From NCBI GenBank assembly GCA_963695095.1, contig CAVOFT010000001.1:736001-800000 (forward strand): a DNA stretch of 64,000 bases, in the 5' to 3' direction. The translations under genes and the position numbers were made by a program. How positions within the stretch are numbered: position 1 is the stretch's first letter; the number at the start of each line of letters is the position of its first letter. The notes beneath the pieces are model-generated. The model searched no databases. It saw nothing but the letters and a program-made list of their open reading frames with translations, and was not told the DNA's origin. Source of the DNA: an uncultured bacterium (lineage in GTDB: Bacteria; Krumholzibacteriota; Krumholzibacteriia; JACNKJ01). Positions 28,917 through 38,943 of the stretch are shown here, piece by piece.

Positions 28917-29751
28917 GCCCGCCTCGCCCGCCTCGGCAGCGGTGGATGCGCTCAACGCCGTCCTGCTGCAGCGCATCGAGGTGGCGCCCGGCCTGCTCAT
29001 CCTGCGCGTGGCTCCCGACGGCTGGGAGCTCTCCGCCTTCAGCGCCGGCCAGTTCGCCGTGCTCGGCCTGCCGGGCAGCGCTCGGCGCTATCGCCTGGCC
29101 GATGCCGAGGACGAGCCGGCGCCGCCGGACAAGCTCATCCGCCGCGCCTATTCGGTGGCCTCCTCGTCGCTGGATCGGCAATACCTGGAGATCTACGTCA
29201 CCCTGGTGAGCTCGGGCGCGCTCACGCCGCGGCTCTTCGCCCTGCAGCCGGGCGACCGCCTCTTCCTCGGCAAGAAGATCACGGGCATGTTCACGCTGGA
29301 CAGCGTGCCGAAGTCGGCGCACCTGGCGCTCGTCGCCACGGGCACGGGGCTGGCGCCCTACATGAGCATGCTGCGCAGCGAGCTGCTCTGCGACCCGGCC
29401 CGCCGCGTGGCGGTGCTGCTCGGGGCGAGGCACTCCTGGGACCTCGGCTACCGCGGCGAGCTGATCACGATGATGCGCCTGTGCCCGAGCTTCAGCTACC
29501 TGCCCATCATCAGCCGCCCCGACGACGAGCCGCAGGCCTGGCCGGGCGCCGTCGGCCACGTGCAGGACCTCTGGCGCGGCGGGGCGCTCGCCGCGGCCTG
29601 GGGCGAGGCGCCGAGCGCTCGGACCACGCACGTGCTGCTCTGCGGCAGCCCGGGCATGATCGACGGCATGGTGGCCCTGCTCGAGGCCGAGGGCTTCCGC
29701 GAGCACAGCAAGAGAGAACCCGGTCAGATTCACGTGGAGCGTTACTGGTAA
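28909..29751 (+). CDS. Ferredoxin-NADP+ reductase
   Basis: RAYSVAS, GALTPRL, ATGTGLAPY, LCGSPGMI, ends VERYW. Confidence 0.9.
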   Translation: MPEPASPASAAVDALNAVLLQRIEVAPGLLILRVAPDGWELSAFSAGQFAVLGLPGSARRYRLADAEDEPAPPDKLIRRAYSVASSSLDRQYLEIYVTLVSSGALTPRLFALQPGDRLFLGKKITGMFTLDSVPKSAHLALVATGTGLAPYMSMLRSELLCDPARRVAVLLGARHSWDLGYRGELITMMRLCPSFSYLPIISRPDDEPQAWPGAVGHVQDLWRGGALAAAWGEAPSARTTHVLLCGSPGMIDGMVALLEAEGFREHSKREPGQIHVERYW

Positions 29752-29753
29752 GC

Positions 29754-30305
29754 ATGCAGTACACCGTCCGCCGTCTCGATGCCGCCGCCCGCGAGGACTT
29801 CTTCCGCCTGCACTCTGCCGCCAACGGCCACGACTGGTGCTTCTGCGTGGCCTGGTGGGTGGAGAGCTTTGCCGGCTGGAACGAGCGCCGCGCCGACCAG
29901 AACCGCGCCCTGCGCGAATCGCTCTTCGCGCGCGGCGAGCAGGACGGCTACCTGCTCTATGCGGGCAAGGAGCCCGTCGCCTGGTGCCAGTGCGCGCCGC
30001 GCGATCGGCTCCGGCATCTGGCCGGCCGCTACACCGAGGGCCCCGATCCCTCGGCCTGGGCGCTCGGCTGCTTCTTCACGGCGCCGGCCTGGCGCGGCAA
30101 GGGCTGCACGCGAGCGCTACTCACGGGCATCCTCGCCGACCTGCGCGGGCGCGGGGTCAAGCGCCTGGAGGCCTTCCCGCGCGGCGAGGGCCGTCTGCCC
30201 GACGAGGAGGTCTGGACCGGTCCCGCCGGTCTCTTCGCCGAGTTCGGCTTCGCGGCCGAGGCCGAATACGGCAGCGTCATCCGCTATGCCCTGGCGCTGA
30301 GCTGA
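29754..30305 (+). CDS. GNAT family acetyltransferase
   Basis: WCFCVAWW, AWCQCAPR, CFFTAPAWRGKG, LEAFP. Confidence 0.8.
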   Translation: MQYTVRRLDAAAREDFFRLHSAANGHDWCFCVAWWVESFAGWNERRADQNRALRESLFARGEQDGYLLYAGKEPVAWCQCAPRDRLRHLAGRYTEGPDPSAWALGCFFTAPAWRGKGCTRALLTGILADLRGRGVKRLEAFPRGEGRLPDEEVWTGPAGLFAEFGFAAEAEYGSVIRYALALS

Positions 30306-30355
30306 GGGACCCGGATTGCTGCTATACTCAGGGCGGCAATCGCTGGAGGTTCGCC

Positions 30356-32131
30356 ATGCTCTCGATCCGCACCTTCGCCGCAGCGCTGCTGGCGCTTGCC
30401 GCCGCCCCGGCGGCCGCCGGTGAGCTGAATCCAGCCTTCCGCGAACAGCTGGCCCTCGCCCGGGCCGACACCCTGCTCAGCGTGATCGTGACCCTCGGCG
30501 AGCAGGCACCGGTGGCGGCCCTCAGCGCGCGCTTGACGGCTGCCGGCGCGAGCAGGGCGCAGCGGCACAGCGAGGTCTTGCACAGCCTGCACGAGACGGC
30601 CCGCGGCCAGGGCCCCCTCCTCGCGTGGTTGGACGGCCAGCGCGAGGCGGGTGCGGTCGCGGGTTACACCGCCCACTGGATCGCGAACCTCGTGGTGGTG
30701 GCGGCCACGCCCGCAGCCGTCGCGGAGCTGGCCGCGCGGGCAGATGTCGCCGCCGTCGAGGCGAACTTCAGCGCGCTGCCGCTCGAAGCCGAGATCGGGC
30801 AGGCGCCGCCGCCCTGGCCCAGTGTCGGCCTGACGCCGGGTATCGTGGCCATCGGCGCCGATCGCGTCTGGCGCGAGCTGGGGATCACCGGCGCGGGCGC
30901 GCTGGTCGCCGTCATCGACACGGGCGTGGATGGCGGGCATCCCGCTCTCGCCGCGCGCTGGCGCGGCCTCGTGGCGCCGGCCGCGGACTGCTGGCTCGAC
31001 CTGCTGGGCGTCTCGCCCACCTTTCCCGTCGATCCGCAAAGCCACGGCACCCACGTGATGGGCACCCTCGCCGGCCTCGCTCCCGGCGACAGCATCGGCG
31101 TGGCGCCGGGAGCGCTGTGGATCGCGACCAACGCGATCGGTCAGGGCGTGGGCACGCCCTTCAACAACGACGTCATCGCGGCCTTCGCCTGGCTGGCCGA
31201 TCCCGACGGCGACCCCGAGACCGTGGACGACGTGCCGGACGTGGTGATGAACGCCTGGGGCGTCAACGAATTGCTGGGCTACGCGGACTGCGACAGCCGC
31301 TGGTGGGCCGTGATCGACCACTGCGAGGCCGCGGGCGTCGTGGCGCTCTTCGCCGCCGGCGGCGACGGGCCGGCCGCGGGCAGCATCCGCTCGCCGGCCG
31401 ACCGCGCCGCCACGGCGCTGAGCAGTTTTGCCGTGGGCGCGGTGGATGCGAGCGATCCGGCGGCCTGGCCCTATCCTCTCGCCTCCTTCTCGAGTCGGGG
31501 TCCCTCGGGCTGCGACGTGCCGCCCGCGCTCGCCATCAAGCCCGAGCTGGTGGCGCCCGGCGTGAACGTGGTTTCGGCGGTGGCCGGCGGCGGCTACGCG
31601 AACTACAGCGGCAGCGCGATGGCGGGACCGCATGTGGCGGGCGTCGTGGCGCTCATGCGCAGCGCGAATCCGGACCTCGAGGTGGACGACATCAAGCAGA
31701 TCCTGCTCGAGACCGCCCGCGACGAGGGCCCGGCCGGCGACGACAACGGCTACGGCCGGGGCTGCGTGGACGCCTTCGCCGCCGTGAGCATGGCGCTGCA
31801 GGTCGATCCCACGGCCGCACCGGCGGCCGGTCTCTGGGAGCAAGTAGCCGCGCGGCTCGCGCCGGCCCACCCCAATCCCTTCCGGCCCCGCGAAGGCGCG
31901 GTCGCACTGGCCTTCAGCCTGAGCGCGCCGGCCAGTGTGCGCCTGGCCGTCTACGATGTCGCAGGCCGCCGTCTGCGCACCCTGGTGGCGGAGCCGCTTC
32001 CCGCGGGCGAGCATGCGGCGCGCTGGGACGGCCGTGACGATCAGGGCCGTCCGGCCGGCGCTGGCGTCTATCTCTGCCGCCTCGAGGTCGGTGCGAGCTG
32101 CCTTGCCCGCCGCCTGGTGCTGCTGCATTGA
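30356..32131 (+). CDS. S8 subtilase-fold secreted protein with FlgD-Ig tail, catalytic Ser apparently lost
   Basis: IDTGVD and HGTHVMG present, but GSAMA replaces GTSMA and AAGGDG replaces xAGNxG; PNPF..WDGRDDQG..GVY. Confidence 0.85.
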   Translation: MLSIRTFAAALLALAAAPAAAGELNPAFREQLALARADTLLSVIVTLGEQAPVAALSARLTAAGASRAQRHSEVLHSLHETARGQGPLLAWLDGQREAGAVAGYTAHWIANLVVVAATPAAVAELAARADVAAVEANFSALPLEAEIGQAPPPWPSVGLTPGIVAIGADRVWRELGITGAGALVAVIDTGVDGGHPALAARWRGLVAPAADCWLDLLGVSPTFPVDPQSHGTHVMGTLAGLAPGDSIGVAPGALWIATNAIGQGVGTPFNNDVIAAFAWLADPDGDPETVDDVPDVVMNAWGVNELLGYADCDSRWWAVIDHCEAAGVVALFAAGGDGPAAGSIRSPADRAATALSSFAVGAVDASDPAAWPYPLASFSSRGPSGCDVPPALAIKPELVAPGVNVVSAVAGGGYANYSGSAMAGPHVAGVVALMRSANPDLEVDDIKQILLETARDEGPAGDDNGYGRGCVDAFAAVSMALQVDPTAAPAAGLWEQVAARLAPAHPNPFRPREGAVALAFSLSAPASVRLAVYDVAGRRLRTLVAEPLPAGEHAARWDGRDDQGRPAGAGVYLCRLEVGASCLARRLVLLH

Positions 32132-32187
32132 GCTGAAACAGACGACTTCGGCAGCGAAACATCCGCATGACGGCGCGGAACTCGTTG

Positions 32188-32196
32188 TGATATAAT
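32188..32196 (+). promoter_or_regulatory. Extended -10 promoter element upstream of the second subtilase
   Basis: TGATATAAT. Confidence 0.45.
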
Positions 32197-32321
32197 CCTA
32201 ACTGCCACGCCTTGGACCCAGCGACCCTCGGCACACCCGCCCAAGCTCGCTGCCCGACCCAGCGGACCGGCGCCAAGCGCCGGCTACCACGCACATGCAA
32301 GGATCTCGGAGGAGGAAGCCC

Positions 32322-35222
32322 ATGCGTCTCGTCAAAGCGCTCGCCTTGGCGGCCCTGTTGCTCGTCCCCACTCTGTCCTTCGCGGGGGAGATCCACCCCG
32401 CCCTGGCCGAGCGGATGGACGCGGCCCCGGCCGATGAGGCCATCAAGATCATCGTCACCATGACGGAGCAGGCGCCCATCGCCGAGCTCAACCAGTCGCT
32501 CAAGCAGGAGCGCGCCAGCCTGGAGCGCCGCCACCGCGAGGTGATCCTGAGCCTTCAGGACGTCTCCCGTTCGCAGACCGCGCTGCGCAGCTGGCTGGAC
32601 CTCCAGCTCGCGAGCGGCGCCGTGCGCGGCTACACGCCGCACTGGATCGCCAATCTCATCGTGGTCTCGGCGACGCCCGGCGCCATCGCCGCCATCGCGG
32701 CGAGGCCGGACGTGGCCTTCGTCGAGCTGGACTTCAAGCCCGAGCTGATCGCGCCCGTGCTGAGGCCCTCGCAGGACAGCGAGCTCGGCGAGGCCGGTAC
32801 CCGCGGCATCGGCGTCACCCCCGGCCTGCGGGCGCTGAATGCGCCGCAGGTCTGGTACGAGCTGGGCATCACCGGCGCCGGCCGCCTGGTCGCCAACCTC
32901 GACACCGGCGTCGACGGCAACCACCCCGCCCTGGCCTCGCGCTGGCGCGGCAACCATGCCCCGGCCAGCGAGTGCTGGCTCGACGTGCTCGGCGGCTACC
33001 CAGCTCCCCGACGACGACAACGGCCACGGCACCCACGTCATGGGCACCATGACCGGTCTGGCCCCCGACGACACCATCGGCGTGGCGCCGGGCGCCGAGT
33101 GGATCGCCTGCAACGCCATCGACCAGGGCGTGGGCAGCGACTTCGACAACGACATCATCGCCTCCTTCCAGTGGTTCGCCGATCCCGACGGCAACCCCTA
33201 CACCGTCGATGACGTGCCCGATGTCGTCCAGAACTCCTGGGGCATCAACGAGGGCTTCGGCGGCGGCTACACCGACTGCGACGCGCGCTGGTGGGCGGTG
33301 ATCGACAACTGCGAGGCCGCCGGCGTCGTGGTCACCTGGTCGGCCGGCAACGAGGGCCCCGGCGCACCAGCCTGCGCTCGCCGGCCGACCGCGCCACCAC
33401 GGCCTTCAACTGCTTCGCCATCGGCGCCGTCGACGCCACCAACTACGGCTGGCCCTACCCGATCGCGAGCTTCTCGAGCCGCGGTCCGCACGCGGCTGCG
33501 ACGTGGTCGCCCGCGCTGAAGATCAAGCCCGAGGTCTCCGCGCCCGGCGTCGACGTCTACTCCTCCGTGCCCGGCGGCGGCTACAGCGCCAGCTAGAGCG
33601 GCACCTCGATGGCCGGCCCGCACGTGGCCGGCGTCGTCGGCCTCATGCGCCAGGCCAACCCCGACCTCGACGTCGACACGATCAAGCAGATCCTGATGGA
33701 GACCGCCGTCGACGAGGGCACGGCCGGCGAGGACAACATCTACGGCTACGGCTTCGTCGACGCCTACGCGGCCGTCCTGGCGGCCATGGAGGGCTTCGGC
33801 TCGCTCGAGGGCTACGTGCGCAACGCCAGCTACGGCAACGTGCCCCTGCCCGGCGCCACGGTGGAGCTCCTGAGCACCACCTTCCACTGGACCGCCGACG
33901 CGGCCGGTTTCTATCACGGCTCCGCGAGCGCGAACAACTACACCGCCCGCGCCAGCCTGGCCGGCTTCGCCGACCAGAACGTGGCCGTGACGATCACCGA
34001 TGGCACGCCCACCCTGCAGGACTTTGCGCTCACGGACATCGCCGGGCCGACGCTCAGCAACCTGACGCCGGGCGGCAGCACGAGCAACACGGCCGGTCCC
34101 TATCCGGTCAGCGTCAATGCGCAGGACTACAGCACGGTGGCCTCGGTCACGCTCTACTACCGCGTCAACATGGGCGCCTGGCAGAGCACGCCGATGACGG
34201 GCGGGCCGCTCACCTTCACGGCGAGCATGCCCGGCTCCTTCGCCAACAGCCACCTGGACTACTACGTCCAGGCCACCGACGGCGTCAGTCACAGCAGCGT
34301 GCTGCCCGCGGGCGCGCCCCTGGCCTTCGAGACGCTCTACATCACCGAGCAGGTCTACGCCTTCGACGCCGAGAGCGGCCAGGGCAGCTGGACGCTCGGT
34401 GTCGCCGGCGATGCCGCCACCAGCGGCCTGTGGGTTCGGGCCGATCCCATCGGCACGAACTACAACGGCACGCCGATGCAGCCCGAGGACGACCACACGG
34501 CCGCCCCCGGCATCTACTGCTTCGTCACCGGCAACGGCACCGTCGGCGGCGCGGTCGGCGACCAGGACGTGGACGGCGGCTGCACCACCCTGCTCAGCCC
34601 GATCTTCGACCTCAGCACGGCGGATCGCGCCTTCGTGCGCTACTGGCGCTGGTATGGCGAGGGCGGCAACTCGACGGACGACGCCTTCGTCGTGCAGATC
34701 ACGAGCAACGGCAGCAGCTGGGTGCAGCTCGAGAGCGTACCGAACATCGCCAATAGCTGGACCCTGGTGAACGAGGAGATCACGGGCCTGGTGCCGCTCA
34801 CCAGCACGGTGCAGCTGCGCTTCCTGGCCTGCGACCTCAACACCGCCGGCCTGGTCGAGGCGGCCATCGACGACATCGCCCTCGAGACCTACGACGCCAA
34901 CTTGACGGCAGTGCCGGGCGACGCGACGCCGCAGTGGTCGCTCTCGCTCCAGCAGAGCCAGCCCAACCCCTTCCGTCCCGGCGACGGTCCGACCACCCTG
35001 CGCTTCAGCCTGGAGTCGCAGACGCGGGCGCGCCTGGCCGTCTACGATATCGCCGGCCGCCTGGTGCGGACGCTGACCGACGGCGCCTTCGCGCCCGGCG
35101 AGCATGCGCTCAGCTGGGACGGCAAGGACGCCCATGGGCAGCAGGTCAGCTCGGGAGTCTACTTCTACCGGCTCGAGGCCCAGGGCCAGAGCCAGAGCCG
35201 CAGCCTGGTGCTGGTCCGCTAG
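32322..35222 (+). CDS. S8 serine protease with carboxypeptidase-regulatory-like, Ig/jelly-roll and FlgD-Ig domains; interrupted by indels (~32995, ~33365, ~33490-33507) and an in-frame TAG (33594)
   Basis: LDTGVD, HGTHVMG, SAGNEG and GTSMAGPHVAG spread over four ORF-track pieces; paralogous to 30356-32131. Confidence 0.8.
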
Positions 35223-35270
35223 GACCCGCGGCCCGGTACGCGAGAGGCGCAGCACACGCCAACGGCGAGG

Positions 35271-35298
35271 GGCCGGCGGGGAAACCCGCCGGCCTTTT
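35271..35298 (+). terminator. Rho-independent terminator
   Basis: GGCCGGCGGG-GAAA-CCCGCCGGCC-TTTT. Confidence 0.8.
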
Positions 35299-35349
35299 GC
35301 TTGCGCGGCCGACCGGCGCCCCGCATTTTTCCGACCCCTGCCGCCCGAG

Positions 35350-36912
35350 GTGCGAACCCTGCGCCATTTCCTGCTGTCCGGCGTCACCCTCGCCTCGCTC
35401 CTCCTGCTCCCGACACGGCCGGCGATCGCCACGGCCTTCGTCCAGGACCCGGCGCCCTCGCCCGCGGACCAGTGCAAGCTGGACGACATCGCCGCCTCGC
35501 CCACGGGGCGCATCGCCGCCGCCGGCTGGGAGCGCACCTTCATGACCGGCGGCTCGCCGGGCACTCCGCTCATCGTCGAGAAGTCGGCCGCCGCGGGCAG
35601 CTGGACGGTGCTCGACAACCCCGACCAGGGCTTCACCTGGCACGACCTCGGCGCGGTGGACTACCTGCCCGGCCATCCCGACGAGGATCTCGTGGCGGTG
35701 GGCACCTATTACCCGGACATTCTCCTCGCCCACGGCCATGGGCTCCTGCTGCGCTACCGCCGCGCCGCGGGCGCCTGGGACATGGGCACCTTCAACGATC
35801 CCGGCGCCGAGTTCCACTTCGTCGAGGACGCCGTCTTCGATCCCCTCGATCCGAATCGCCTGCTCATCGCCGGCACGCGTGGCGTCGACGATGGCGTCGG
35901 CTCCTGCTTCCGCTTCACGACGATGGTGGTCGCCTATCGCCTGGACACGATGAGCTACGAGATCCTGCCGACCACGGCCCTCGGCGGCCTGAGCTCGATC
36001 GTGGCCCTGCCGGACGGGCGCTTCCTGGCCGTCGGCATCGCGGCCGGCGACTGCGACTACCTCAACATCCCGATCGTGCTGCTCATCGACGGCGCGACGA
36101 GCACGGTGCTGCCCAACCCGCCGCCCTGGCCGGGCTACCCCGCCTACCGGCTGAACTACGCGCTCACGCTGGCGGACGGCCGCGTGCTGATGGTGGGCAT
36201 GGCGACGCCGAACGGGGGCTCGCACTTCGTCACGCTGGGTTACGTCTTCGACCCGGCCACGAATGGCTGGATGGTGACCAAGCCCCTGGACCCCGACACC
36301 AGCACGCACCCGGCGGGCTTCACGAACCAGCTCTGGAGCTTGACGCCTGGGCTGGACGGCCGCATCTACGCGGTGGGGCGCTATCACTACATCAGCGACA
36401 TGGGCTACCACTACTATCGGGCGCTCATCGAGAGCTGGGATGGTGCGAACTGGCGCCTGGAGGAGACGCCGGAGGAGTTCGGCTCGCCATGGAACACCCA
36501 GCTCTGGGGCGTCTGCACGCATCCGACGGCGGGTGTCTGGGCGGCCGGCTACTGGGATCCCGCCGAGTACCCGGACCGCTCGCTGGTGCTGCGGCAGGCC
36601 GACCCGCCCACGGGCGCGGTCGACGCGGCGGCCGCGGGCGCGCTCGGCTGCGAGGCCTTCCCCAATCCCTTCCGCGAATCGACGCGCCTGCGCTTCAGCC
36701 TGCGCACGGAGGGGCCGGCGGAGCTGGCCATCTTCGATGTCTCGGGGCGTCGCCTGCGCGCGCTCGCCGCGGGCGCGCTATCTGCCGGCGAGCATGCCTT
36801 CACCTGGGATGGCCGCGATGATGAGGGCCGCGCGCTGAGCGCGGGCGTCTACCTGGCGCGGCTGGAGGCGGAGGGCGCGAGCGAGAGCCGCAGTCTGGTC
36901 TTGCTGCGCTAG
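35350..36912 (+). CDS. Secreted beta-propeller-like protein with FlgD-Ig tail
   Basis: Signal-like N-terminus from GTG 35350; repeated [IVW]-x-A-[VA]-G blades, LIESWDGANW; PNPF..WDGRDDEG..GVY. Confidence 0.7.
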   Translation: MRTLRHFLLSGVTLASLLLLPTRPAIATAFVQDPAPSPADQCKLDDIAASPTGRIAAAGWERTFMTGGSPGTPLIVEKSAAAGSWTVLDNPDQGFTWHDLGAVDYLPGHPDEDLVAVGTYYPDILLAHGHGLLLRYRRAAGAWDMGTFNDPGAEFHFVEDAVFDPLDPNRLLIAGTRGVDDGVGSCFRFTTMVVAYRLDTMSYEILPTTALGGLSSIVALPDGRFLAVGIAAGDCDYLNIPIVLLIDGATSTVLPNPPPWPGYPAYRLNYALTLADGRVLMVGMATPNGGSHFVTLGYVFDPATNGWMVTKPLDPDTSTHPAGFTNQLWSLTPGLDGRIYAVGRYHYISDMGYHYYRALIESWDGANWRLEETPEEFGSPWNTQLWGVCTHPTAGVWAAGYWDPAEYPDRSLVLRQADPPTGAVDAAAAGALGCEAFPNPFRESTRLRFSLRTEGPAELAIFDVSGRRLRALAAGALSAGEHAFTWDGRDDEGRALSAGVYLARLEAEGASESRSLVLLR

Positions 36913-36916
36913 CCGG

Positions 36917-36963
36917 CGCGTTGCCACGTGGCAACGCGATCCGGTCCTTGTCACGTGACAAGG
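36917..36963. repeat. Two adjacent perfect palindromes with TTGYCACGTGRCAA core
   Basis: CGCGTTGCCACGTGGCAACGCG (36917-36938) and CCTTGTCACGTGACAAGG (36946-36963). Confidence 0.85.
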
Positions 36964-36972
36964 CGCAGAGGC

Positions 36973-37068
36973 TCAGCGAATCAACACCAGCTTCTGCGAG
37001 GCCCTGCCGGCCTCCGTTTCCAGTAGGCACAGGTAGACGCCCGAGCCGACCGCCTCCCGGCCGGGCCC
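36973..37068 (-). pseudogene. Orphan C-terminal FlgD-Ig/sorting-domain fragment
   Basis: Translates GPGREAVGSGVYLCLLETEAGRASQKLVLIR*; no start codon. Confidence 0.65.
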
Positions 37069-37800
37069 TCAGGCGCTGCCCGACTGCTTGGCGGCCTCCA
37101 GCGCCATCTCGTGGGCCAGCTCGGGCCCGAGGAAGCGCTCGGCGGCGCTGTGGCCGGCGTAGATCAGCGGCGTGAGGATCACCGCCACCGTGAACTTGTA
37201 GAGGTACTGCGTCACGGCGATGCTGAGGAACTGCGCGCCCGTCAGCTTGCCCGGCAGGTAGAAGGCGATGCCGAGGATCACGATCGTGTCCACAGCCTGC
37301 GAGAAGATGGTCGAACCCGTCGCGCGCAGCCAGAGGCGGCCGGGCCCCGTCACCCGCCGCAGGCGGTGGAAGATGAGCACGTCGGTGAGCTGGCTGAGGG
37401 CGAAGGCGGTGAGCGAGCCGACGATGATCCACAGCGACTGGCCGAAGACCTGCGCGAAGGCCGCGCCCGAAACAGGCGAGAAATCGGTGGCCGGGATCCG
37501 CAACGCGGCGAAGAGCGCGATGAAGGCGTAACTGATCATGCCCACGCCCAGGAAGGTGAGCTGCCGCACGCCGCGCTTGCCGTAGTACTCGTTCACGAGG
37601 TCCGTGGTGAGGAAGACCACCGGCCAGGGGATGACGCCCACGGACATCAGGAAGGGACCGATCTCCAGGAGGCCCAGCTTGAGCACGAAGTCCGGCGAGC
37701 TGAGGTAGAAGAGCTTGCCGCCGATGAGCTCGCCGAGCAGCGCGTTGGTGAGGAAGAAGCCGCCGAGGATGAGGAAGAGCGTATCGCGGCGGGTCTTCAT
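37069..37800 (-). CDS. Queuosine precursor transporter (YhhQ/VUT family)
   Basis: FLTTDLVNEYYGK, GSLTAFALSQLTDV, LWLRATGSTIFSQAVDT. Confidence 0.88.
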   Translation of the reverse strand: MKTRRDTLFLILGGFFLTNALLGELIGGKLFYLSSPDFVLKLGLLEIGPFLMSVGVIPWPVVFLTTDLVNEYYGKRGVRQLTFLGVGMISYAFIALFAALRIPATDFSPVSGAAFAQVFGQSLWIIVGSLTAFALSQLTDVLIFHRLRRVTGPGRLWLRATGSTIFSQAVDTIVILGIAFYLPGKLTGAQFLSIAVTQYLYKFTVAVILTPLIYAGHSAAERFLGPELAHEMALEAAKQSGSA

Positions 37801-37893
37801 GGCCATGGCCGGGCGCTCCTGCTCGGGCGAGGGTTCGGCAAGGGGTGGCGCGAACCCTACGAAGCGTGGCCGGCGCTGTCAAGGCGCCGGGCG

Positions 37894-38943
37894 CTACTGC
37901 CCCGGCGTGAAGACGAAGGGCGCCCGGAAGCTCACGCGGCCCGCCGGCACGGCGCCGAAGCTCCAGGCCTTCACCTGCGCCAGCACGCAGTCGAGCACGG
38001 CGGCGCTCCTGAGGCCGTCCTCGAGCACGGCGGCCTCGCTGACGCCGCCGTCGGCCTCCACCGTGAGGCGCAGCACCAGCTTGCCGCCGAGCGTGGCGTC
38101 GCGCTTCAGCGCGTTGTCGTAGCAGTAGCGGATGCCCGGCGCGTAGCGCTGCAGCACGGCGAGCAGGGAGGCGTTGCTGCGGATCTCGCCGCCGCCCGGC
38201 GCGCCCCCCGCCCGGGCGCCCGCTGCCCCAGCGCCTTCTGCGCCCTCGCTGCCCGCGCTCCAGTCGCCGATCTCCACGCTGAGCCCGGCCGCCAGCAGCA
38301 CGGGCCCGCCGCCCGCGGGCGCGGCGGCCGCCACGCTGCTCTCGACACTGCCCAGCGCCTCCTGCCCGCGGCCGCGGCGCAGGCGGCCGCGCGCCGCCCC
38401 GGCGGAGGGCGCCGCGGGGGCGTCCCCGGCGGGCAGCGCGGTGGAGAGCTTGGCCAGCGTGGCGTCCAGGGCCTGGGTCGTCGAGGCGAGAGCCTGCGTC
38501 GCCGCCTCGGCCTGGCGGCGTCCGGCCAGGCCCTGATCGGGCGCCACGCGCGGCGCCTGGGCCAGCCGCTCCACCCGCCGCGGCGCGCGCTCGGGCTCGG
38601 GCGCGGGGGTCGGGTCCGGCGGCTGCGGCGCGGCGGCCTCGGCTGCCGGCGCCGCCGCTAGCGGCGAGGCGACCGGCGCGCTCGCGACCGGCACCGGCGG
38701 CTCCGGGCGGCGCTCCTCGAGGATCAGCCGCGCGAGACGCTCGGGCATGGCCTCGAGCGTGGGCGCCTCCTCCACCGGCGCCGGCGCGAAGAGCAGCACC
38801 GCGAGGACGAGGAGGCCCAGCGCGGCGGCCATGGCGAAGGAGCGCCGCGTGCGCGCATCCATCTCGCCGATCAGGATGACGTGCCAGGGCAGCCGATAGC
38901 TGCGCGCGATGGGGCTGAGCGGCCGGCCGAGGGCGAAGGCCAT
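37894..38943 (-). CDS. TonB-like protein with AgmX/PglI-type C-terminal domain (GltG-like)
   Basis: N-terminal TM, PERLARLI, Pro/Ala-rich linker, IRYCYDNALKRDATLGGKLVLRLTV..FRAPFVF. Confidence 0.8.
   Translation of the reverse strand: MAFALGRPLSPIARSYRLPWHVILIGEMDARTRRSFAMAAALGLLVLAVLLFAPAPVEEAPTLEAMPERLARLILEERRPEPPVPVASAPVASPLAAAPAAEAAAPQPPDPTPAPEPERAPRRVERLAQAPRVAPDQGLAGRRQAEAATQALASTTQALDATLAKLSTALPAGDAPAAPSAGAARGRLRRGRGQEALGSVESSVAAAAPAGGGPVLLAAGLSVEIGDWSAGSEGAEGAGAAGARAGGAPGGGEIRSNASLLAVLQRYAPGIRYCYDNALKRDATLGGKLVLRLTVEADGGVSEAAVLEDGLRSAAVLDCVLAQVKAWSFGAVPAGRVSFRAPFVFTPGQ

Noticed and set aside
33594..33596. Pyrrolysine or amber-recoded genetic code
   Set aside because: Many genes here end at TAG exactly where expected (e.g. 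7502, 8929, 15688, 35222), and this codon lies in an error-rich stretch
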